A stretch of DNA of 32,000 nucleotides. Origin: Haloquadratum walsbyi C23 (GTDB taxonomy: Archaea > Halobacteriota > Halobacteria > Halobacteriales > Haloferacaceae). Position numbers and translations under genes: made by a program. Shown in pieces: positions 25,630-32,000 of this stretch (its first letter is position 1; every line of letters starts with the position of its first letter). Under the pieces are notes generated by a model that ran no database searches, was not told the origin of the DNA, and saw only the letters and a list, made by a program, of their open reading frames with translations. Location: contig NC_017459.1 of the NCBI RefSeq assembly GCF_000237865.1, forward strand, positions 300,001-332,000, given 5' to 3'.

Positions 25630-25953
25630 TTATGCAATGATGATGTCTGAATCGTCCGTCGATTCATTATCGCTTGCGTCGCTATCAGATGCTGCAGTGC
25701 TCTTTGATTCATCCTGAGACATTGCATCTGTTGCAGAGTTAGTATCGGTATCAGTTGTTCTGGACTCTTGTGATTGTGCGGCTTCGTCTGCTTCATGACC
25801 AACCGAACGGCTTCCAGCTGAGAGATCAATCTCAATATTATCCTCAATCAGATGCAGCCGCTCTTTTGTTTCGACGAGCTCCTCTGTCAACCCGTTAACA
25901 GCCGCTTGTAACTCTGTGACCTGTGACTCTAGCTCCTCTAGCCGATTACTCAT
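25630..25953 (-). CDS. Small acidic coiled-coil protein (107 aa), function unknown
   Basis: ATG ORF. The first ~45 residues (MSNRLEELESQVTELQAAVNGLTEELVETKERLHLIEDNIE) show a heptad-like Leu/Val pattern. The rest is a disordered acidic S/T/D tail. It lies on the same strand, 129 nt upstream of smc. Confidence 0.6.
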   Translation of the reverse strand: MSNRLEELESQVTELQAAVNGLTEELVETKERLHLIEDNIEIDLSAGSRSVGHEADEAAQSQESRTTDTDTNSATDAMSQDESKSTAASDSDASDNESTDDSDIIIA

Positions 25954-26330
25954 GCTATTATCACTTGTATCGGGATATATAAACGTATGTCAGACATTTC
26001 AATGCTTTTTGATATATCTGTAAATCCTATACTCACAGGAATTCAACCTAACCTTAGCAATATCATGTGACGCTCTGATTTCATATCAACTGTATACAGG
26101 TATCATCAGAGATAGTCGGCTTGATCATAGAGATTATATATACATCTTGATTTCTTCGTAGTTCATACAATATAGTATATATCCTAATCACAACTTTCGG
26201 GATTCGGTCGTGTGAACGAATAAGAATAAATCAAAAACGAGCAGGTGCGATGGGATAGACTTCTCATACTAGTTTGGTGTGACCGATTAGTCCCGTTAGT
26301 CTTTAGCCATACTATATCAAATGAAATACA

Positions 26331-27821
26331 ATGACTGCGACAGCGCTCGCCCAGCGCGATTTCACTGCCGTTATTGGATTAGAAGTTCATGTCCAGCTTG
26401 AGACTGATACGAAGATTTTCTGTGGCTGTTCAACCCGGGATAATAACGCCGAACCGAACACACGAACATGTCCTGTTTGTCTTGGATTGCCAGGTGCACT
26501 ACCGGTATTGAACAAAGCCGCTGTTGAGGCAGCAGTCAAAGTCGGGAAAGCTCTCAATGCTGATATTGCAGAAAAAACGCAGTTCCATCGAAAAAACTAT
26601 TATTATCCTGATCTCCCAAAGAATTTCCAAATTTCACAATACGATGCTCCTATTTGTTCCGATGGACAGCTGTCAATCTCTGTCGAAGATAATCGTCGAG
26701 AGGTTGCTATCCGACGAGCGCATCTTGAGGAAGATCCAGGCAGTCTCACCCACCAAGGTGGAAATATTGATACTGCCGAATACACACTTGTGGACTATAA
26801 TCGAGCAGGAACACCACTTATGGAGATTGTTACTGAGCCAGACTTTCGGAGTCCAGCAGAGACGCGAGCATTTCTTAATAAACTTGAGGAAGTCTTAGAA
26901 TATCTCGGAATTTTTGACCCAACAGCGGATGGCTCCCTTCGTGTCGATGCAAATATTTCATTGATTCCAACCGAAGACATCGACAATGGGTCAATCACTA
27001 CGGCAGCGCTTGAATCAGCAAATCGAACTGAGGTAAAGAATATTTCAAGTCATAAAGGCGCTGAAAAGGCACTTGCGTATGAAGTAACACGACAACGAAA
27101 TGCTGTCGAACGGGGACGAGCAATTGAACAAGAAACACGACACTGGGATGAAAGTCGTGGGATCACCGTCTCTATGCGTTCAAAAGAAGCTGAAAAGGAC
27201 TATCGATATTTTCCGGAGGCTGATCTCCCGCCATTAGCAGTTGCTGATTGGAAAGATCAAATCTCAATTCCTGAACTCCCAGATGCCCGTCGTGAGCGAT
27301 TTCGTGAGGAATATAAATTGGACTCTGAATCCGCTGCGAAACTTACATCAACGAAAGCCGTTGCAGATTTCTTTGAGAGTGTTGCTGATCAATTTGATCC
27401 TGCACTAGCAGCAACATGGGTTGCTGATAATCTTCTCGGTGAACTCAATTACCGTGATATGACGGTTGGAGATATTGATGACCGATTCGACGAGTTCACA
27501 CAGTTGATTGAATTGGTCGATGATGAAGACATTACTACAAAGAACGCAGAAGAGGTTGTCCTCCGGCGGATGCTTGATGATGAACTCACGCCTGAAGCAG
27601 TAATTGAATCTGAGGGGCTTGGTAGGGCAGATGAAGATGAGGTTGTCACTGCAGTCACTGATGCGATTGATGAAAGCCCTGAAGCTGTTGAGGATTATCA
27701 TGCTGGTGAGGGTGGTGCGATTAATTTCCTTGTTGGACAAGTAATGCAAAAAACAGGTGGCAGTGCTGACCCAAGCAAAGTAAATACATTACTTCGTGGA
27801 CAACTTGAGGATAAAAAATAA
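26331..27821 (+). CDS. gatB: Aspartyl/glutamyl-tRNA(Asn/Gln) amidotransferase subunit B
   Basis: 496 aa. VIGLEVHVQLETDTKIFCGC, CPVCLGLPGALPVLN, YYYPDLPKNFQISQYD and the C-terminal YqeY-like tail (FLVGQVMQKTGGSADP) are canonical GatB features. Confidence 0.95.
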   Translation: MTATALAQRDFTAVIGLEVHVQLETDTKIFCGCSTRDNNAEPNTRTCPVCLGLPGALPVLNKAAVEAAVKVGKALNADIAEKTQFHRKNYYYPDLPKNFQISQYDAPICSDGQLSISVEDNRREVAIRRAHLEEDPGSLTHQGGNIDTAEYTLVDYNRAGTPLMEIVTEPDFRSPAETRAFLNKLEEVLEYLGIFDPTADGSLRVDANISLIPTEDIDNGSITTAALESANRTEVKNISSHKGAEKALAYEVTRQRNAVERGRAIEQETRHWDESRGITVSMRSKEAEKDYRYFPEADLPPLAVADWKDQISIPELPDARRERFREEYKLDSESAAKLTSTKAVADFFESVADQFDPALAATWVADNLLGELNYRDMTVGDIDDRFDEFTQLIELVDDEDITTKNAEEVVLRRMLDDELTPEAVIESEGLGRADEDEVVTAVTDAIDESPEAVEDYHAGEGGAINFLVGQVMQKTGGSADPSKVNTLLRGQLEDKK

Positions 27822-28121
27822 AGAATAGTCATATCACTATCGATAGTATATAAAAATACATATTCCACACGTTTGACAGTGATATTGCAATTATGTTGCA
27901 ATCGGTCGATTTAGCAGTTTTCAGGTGTTAAGCCCTCTACTGTCATCATCTCAAATATACTGTCCTATTGCGCAGTCCCACCGACCCACGAACCGATACT
28001 AGAAACAGGAAACCCCACCCTCACTGGAGCCGCGTCAGCGGCTAAGTAGGGTGAGGTAGCTCATATAATTTTGTTGTAGGAAAGTTTTAGGCTATCCTTC
28101 GGCATACACTTTTATATTAAA

Positions 28122-30695
28122 ATGAGCCAGGGACCAGAACTCATTATCACCGAGAAAGATAACGCCGCGCGGCGGATTGCTGATATCCTGAGTGGTGACT
28201 CAGCAACAGCAGACCGCGAGCAGGGTGTTAATGTGTATAAATGGGGTGGGAAACGCTGCATCGGTCTTTCTGGACATGTCGTTGCTGTCGATTTCCCACA
28301 AGAATATAGTGATTGGCGTGATGTTGAGCCTATCGAACTTATTGATGCGCCAATTGAAAAAAACCCAACGAAACAAAATATCGTGACGACATTGAAAAAA
28401 CTCGCTCGGCGGGCACGCCGTGTGATTATTGCGACTGATTATGACCGAGAGGGTGAGTTGATTGGAAAAGAAGCATATGAGCTTGTTCGCAGAGTGAATG
28501 AGTCAACTCCAATAGATCGCGTTCGATTTTCATCAATCACCGAAGAGTCCGTTACGACAGCATTTGAAAATCCAGACGACCTCGATTTTAATCTTGCAGC
28601 AGCAGGTGAGGCTCGACAGGTAATTGATCTCGTATGGGGAGCTGCATTGACTCGATATCTATCCTTGTCAGCAGGGCAACTTGGGAGTGATTTCATCTCT
28701 GTCGGTCGGGTTCAAGGACCAACACTGAAATTGATTGTTGATCGCGAACGCGAGATTGAGGCGTTTGATCCTGAGGACTACTGGGAATTGTTTGTTGACC
28801 TCACGCAAGCAGACAAACCTATTGAGGTGAGCACAGACGATACTACAGCAGGATTTGAAGCACAGTACTTCTATCATGCAGATGATGGAACTGAAGCTGA
28901 ACGAATCACTGAGGAATCAACTGCAAAAACGGTATTCGAAACATTAGAATCAGCTTCTATTGCTCACGTCGACTCGGTGAAGCGCCGGACACGAACCGAT
29001 GAACCGCCCGCACCGTTCAATACAACACAGTTCATCAGTGCAGCAGGATCAATTGGGTACGCCGCGCAGCGGGCGATGGATATTGCAGAGGACCTCTACA
29101 CGGCTGGATACATCACATATCCACGAACTGACAATACCGTCTATCCCGATGACCTTGATCCTCGAGAGCTTATTGAAGCACTCACAAATGGATCTCGATT
29201 CGGATCAGATGCACGTGATGTCCTTGATCAGGAAACACTCTCACCGACGACTGGTGATGAAGAGACGACCGATCACCCACCAATCCATCCAACCGATGAA
29301 CTTCCTAAGCCCTCAGAATTAGACGATGATAAATGGGAAGTGTATGAACTCATTGTTAGGCACTTTCTTGCTACTGTCTCTAATCCAGCAACATGGGAAC
29401 ATCTGCGTATCGTTGCTATTGTCGATGACGCTTATTCAATAAAATCCAACGGACGACGGCTACTGAATCCTGGATATCACGCCGTATATCCATACTCAAA
29501 CGCAACGGAATCACTTATTCCGGATATCGAAGATGGCGAAACGCTTAGATTGATTGATTCGCGAATCGAGGCAAAGCAAACCCAACCGCCGCGACGGTAC
29601 GGCCAGTCTCGACTCATCGAAACAATGGAGTCAATGGGGATTGGGACAAAATCAAGTCGACACAACGTCATTCAGAAACTTTACAATCGAGGATACATCG
29701 AAAGCGACCCGCCACGACCGACACAACTCGCACGAGCCGTTGTTGAGGCTGCTGAAGAGTTTGCAGAATTAATCGTTAGTGAGGAAATGACGGCTCAATT
29801 GGAGACAGATATGCAGGCAATCGCAGAGGGTGAGGAAACACTTGAGTCAGTAACTTCTGCGTCACGCTCGATACTCACGGATGTATTCAAAAAATTAATG
29901 AACACAGATGCTGAAATCGGCGATCATCTTCAGCGGTCGATGAAGGCAGATAAGACGATTGGACCATGTCCACAGTGTGAAGGCGATCTTATTACCCGAA
30001 AGAGTCAGGCTGGGTCACACTTCATTGGATGTGATAGCTATCCTGATTGTGAATACACGCTCCCATTACCCTCGACTGGAAAGCCACACATACTTGAGAC
30101 GGTGTGTGACGTACACAATCTTCAGCAGATAAAAATGCTTGCTGGAAAGCGCAGTTTCGTCCATGGCTGTCCGCTGTGTGAGGCTGAAGCAGCGGATGAA
30201 CAAGCTGATCGTGTGATTGGCACCTGCCCAGAATGCAACACCCATGCTGATGGTGAACTTGCAATCAAACGTTTGCGGTCTGGGTCACGACTTGTTGGGT
30301 GCACTCGATATCCAGACTGTGAGTATTCATTGCCCCTTCCACGACAAGGAGAGATTGACGTTACAGATAATATATGTGATGAACACGCGTTACCTGCATT
30401 ACAGATACTTGAGGCAGACGAGAACACGACAAAAGACAAGACCACCAAAGAGAGTGATGATATCTGGGAACTCGGCTGTCCAATCTGTAACTATCGGGAG
30501 TATCAATCTGATCAGACCGACAGCTCAACGCTTGAAAGCGTTCATGGGATTGGTGCAAAGACAGCTGAAAAGCTAAAAGACGCTGGTGTTGATACTGTTT
30601 CTGCGCTTAAATCAGCAGAAGCAAACACGCTTGCTGACCGTGTCGACGGTGTCAGTGTGGACCGACTGCGAAAATGGCAATCAACTGCAGACTGA
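28122..30695 (+). CDS. topA: DNA topoisomerase I (type IA) with C-terminal zinc ribbons and an HhH tail
   Basis: 857 aa. TOPRIM (LIITEKDNAARRIA; IATDYDREGELIG), the active-site Tyr context GYITYPRTDN and several CxxC...CxxC zinc ribbons (CPQCEG, CPLCEA, CPECNT, CPICNY). The C-terminal VHGIGAKTAEKLKDAGVDTV is an HhH motif. Confidence 0.95.
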   Translation: MSQGPELIITEKDNAARRIADILSGDSATADREQGVNVYKWGGKRCIGLSGHVVAVDFPQEYSDWRDVEPIELIDAPIEKNPTKQNIVTTLKKLARRARRVIIATDYDREGELIGKEAYELVRRVNESTPIDRVRFSSITEESVTTAFENPDDLDFNLAAAGEARQVIDLVWGAALTRYLSLSAGQLGSDFISVGRVQGPTLKLIVDREREIEAFDPEDYWELFVDLTQADKPIEVSTDDTTAGFEAQYFYHADDGTEAERITEESTAKTVFETLESASIAHVDSVKRRTRTDEPPAPFNTTQFISAAGSIGYAAQRAMDIAEDLYTAGYITYPRTDNTVYPDDLDPRELIEALTNGSRFGSDARDVLDQETLSPTTGDEETTDHPPIHPTDELPKPSELDDDKWEVYELIVRHFLATVSNPATWEHLRIVAIVDDAYSIKSNGRRLLNPGYHAVYPYSNATESLIPDIEDGETLRLIDSRIEAKQTQPPRRYGQSRLIETMESMGIGTKSSRHNVIQKLYNRGYIESDPPRPTQLARAVVEAAEEFAELIVSEEMTAQLETDMQAIAEGEETLESVTSASRSILTDVFKKLMNTDAEIGDHLQRSMKADKTIGPCPQCEGDLITRKSQAGSHFIGCDSYPDCEYTLPLPSTGKPHILETVCDVHNLQQIKMLAGKRSFVHGCPLCEAEAADEQADRVIGTCPECNTHADGELAIKRLRSGSRLVGCTRYPDCEYSLPLPRQGEIDVTDNICDEHALPALQILEADENTTKDKTTKESDDIWELGCPICNYREYQSDQTDSSTLESVHGIGAKTAEKLKDAGVDTVSALKSAEANTLADRVDGVSVDRLRKWQSTAD

Positions 30696-31000
30696 CCAGA
30701 TTTGCAGACTGGTTGATTATTCTTACTGGGCATATTTATCGATTGATCATTAATTCCACACTGAGCGAGTGAAGAAGCCAGAGTCAGCACGAGAGTAACA
30801 CTCACCACTGATACCGTCAATTATATTCAACTGACAACAGATAATCAGATACATCGAAAATGTACTCGATATAGTGAGTACTGCTATCTGTAAGTGAATT
30901 TTAATAAAGAGACACCAATAGTACCGTATTAGTGTATTGATATGATTATAGATGCCGATATCTATAATAAATTATTTCAAATTGGGTTGCGATTAGCCAA

Positions 31001-31195
31001 TTAGTTGCGAATGAGATTTGCTGCGCGTGGTCCTTTTGGGGACTGCTCAATCTCAAATTCTACTTCCTGTCCTTCTTCGAGGTCCGGACCGCCGACATCT
31101 TCCATGTGAAAGAAAACATCATCATCCGTATCATCAGTCGAAATGAAACCGTAACCGCCTGTATCGTTGAAAAAATCAACCTTACCTTCTGCCAT
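31001..31195 (-). CDS. csp: Cold-shock domain protein
   Basis: MAEGKVDFFNDTGGYGFISTDD ... DVFFHMEDV matches the CSD RNP1/RNP2-like motifs. I chose the ATG at 31195. The track extension to 31225 adds a hydrophobic, non-conserved-looking peptide. Confidence 0.92.
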   Translation of the reverse strand: MAEGKVDFFNDTGGYGFISTDDTDDDVFFHMEDVGGPDLEEGQEVEFEIEQSPKGPRAANLIRN

Positions 31196-31472
31196 TGTAA
31201 ACATATATATGATGACGCAATGCATAATACTTCCGAGAGTCGTGATACCATGGAGGTAGAGCTAATTCATACGTATCTATCCGCACAATACGGTCAATAT
31301 CAATAGTGTATACATGCACTTGAGCAATACTCCGGGAGCCGGTTGTTCCTGTTACCCCTGAGACGGAGGACAATTATATCACGACAACGATGAAATAGCT
31401 ATAATCTGGTGTAGAGGTACCGGACAATCAGCGTCTCAAGACAGTAGAGCCCCATTCACAACCTCATGATAT

Positions 31473-31500
31473 TGTTATGTTATGTTATATTATGTTATTG
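31473..31500. repeat. Imperfect pentanucleotide tandem repeat (TGTTA/GTTAT)n in the spacer
   Basis: Read directly: tgttatgttatgttatattatgttattg, about 100 nt upstream of the GGGP synthase ATG. Confidence 0.7.
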
Positions 31501-31598
31501 ATATATACAAACCAAACAGTGGAGTGAGGTTAGATAAGAGATATTTCATTGCCATCTTCCGCGTTATTTTTATCCATGCCCCGGGAGAGATATCTGCA

Positions 31599-32000
31599 AT
31601 GAATGGACCTTGGACAGAATGGGATCATGTATTAAAGGTAGATCCTGATAAACCGCTTGTTGATGGTGAAACATTCGAGGATGTGTGTCAGACAGGTACT
31701 GATGCGATTGAAATTGGTGGCACACTCGATATCACGACTGAGAAAATGCAAGAAGTAGTTGATGCCTGCTCGCGATATGACATGCCGCTGTACCAGGAAC
31801 CATCAAATCCAGCAGTTGTTGTTGAATCAGACGCGCTTGATGGTTATCTTGTGCCAACAGTATTCAACGCTGAGTCAGCGTTCTGGGTGGCTGGAGCACA
31901 TAAAGAATGGGTCCGAATCGATGGTCCACTTGACTGGGAGCGAACGGCAACCGAGGCATATATTGTGTTGAACCCTGACGCGTCTGTTGCTGAAGTGACT
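31599..32000 (+). CDS. Geranylgeranylglyceryl phosphate synthase (PcrB/GGGPS family), 5' partial, running off the window
   Basis: Not in the ORF track because there is no stop. My own translation from ATG 31599 gives [42 protein letters not shown] ... [16 protein letters not shown], open for 134 codons to the window end. W-x-H-x-x-K-x-DPDK and GTDAIEIGG are typical of archaeal GGGPS. Confidence 0.88.
   Translation, partial: MNGPWTEWDHVLKVDPDKPLVDGETFEDVCQTGTDAIEIGGTLDITTEKMQEVVDACSRYDMPLYQEPSNPAVVVESDALDGYLVPTVFNAESAFWVAGAHKEWVRIDGPLDWERTATEAYIVLNPDASVAEVT

Noticed and set aside
27985-28060. Nested hairpin upstream of topA (cctcac ... gccgc-gtca-gcggc ... gtgagg)
   Set aside because: The stems are short (5-6 bp) and there is a single occurrence with no second copy for covariation. 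It could be a 5' UTR structure or chance, so it is not strong enough to report.
1-32000. Search for CRISPR arrays, rRNA genes, further tRNAs, integrase/transposase genes or recognisable defence genes
   Set aside because: No spaced direct repeats of CRISPR size were seen. The only tandem repeats are 3-6 nt microsatellites. Apart from the two small hypothetical proteins, every ORF with coding-like composition is accounted for by housekeeping functions.

Overview
This window looks like a chromosomal, mostly core-genome segment of a halophilic archaeon. The predicted proteins are uniformly very acidic. Archaea-specific genes are present: L44e, S27e, aIF2-alpha, Nop10, a PAC2-type chaperone, DtdA, GGGP synthase and an A1:U72 initiator tRNA. 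The long AT-rich spacers and moderate coding GC suggest (inference only) a low-GC haloarchaeon of the Haloquadratum type.

I support 27 protein-coding genes:
- ftsZ, dtdA, aroE, an acidic HhH protein, a class IV aminotransferase and a Rieske protein
- a GtrA-like / GT2 / large 'YYY' membrane protein trio
- the conserved rpl44e-rps27e-eif2a-nop10-PAC2 cluster
- a PhzF-family gene, a PRTase-AEC transporter pair and MTA phosphorylase
- smc-scpA with an upstream coiled-coil gene
- gatB, topA, a cold-shock gene and the 5' part of GGGP synthase

I also support one tRNA (initiator Met). I found no CRISPR array, rRNA, transposase or integrase gene.

The unexplained sequence is concentrated in non-coding repeats with no autonomous partner in the window:
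- Family 1: two diverged ~300 bp MITE-like copies (12380-12697 and 16132-16427). One is wedged inside the ribosomal/translation operon.
- Family 2: two diverged ~530 bp GC-rich copies in inverted orientation (14650-15285 and 19262-19790). They bracket a ~4 kb gene block.
- One 105 bp mini-element with a 6 bp target duplication, nested inside family-2 copy A.

The best candidate for an undescribed functional system is the divergent GT2 + GtrA-like + polytopic YYYxG-motif protein module (7126-11471). It mirrors the bacterial GtrB/GtrA/GtrC lipid-linked glycosylation logic. I did not find a convincing defence-type multi-gene system. All functional calls rest on motif recognition by eye, not on database searches.
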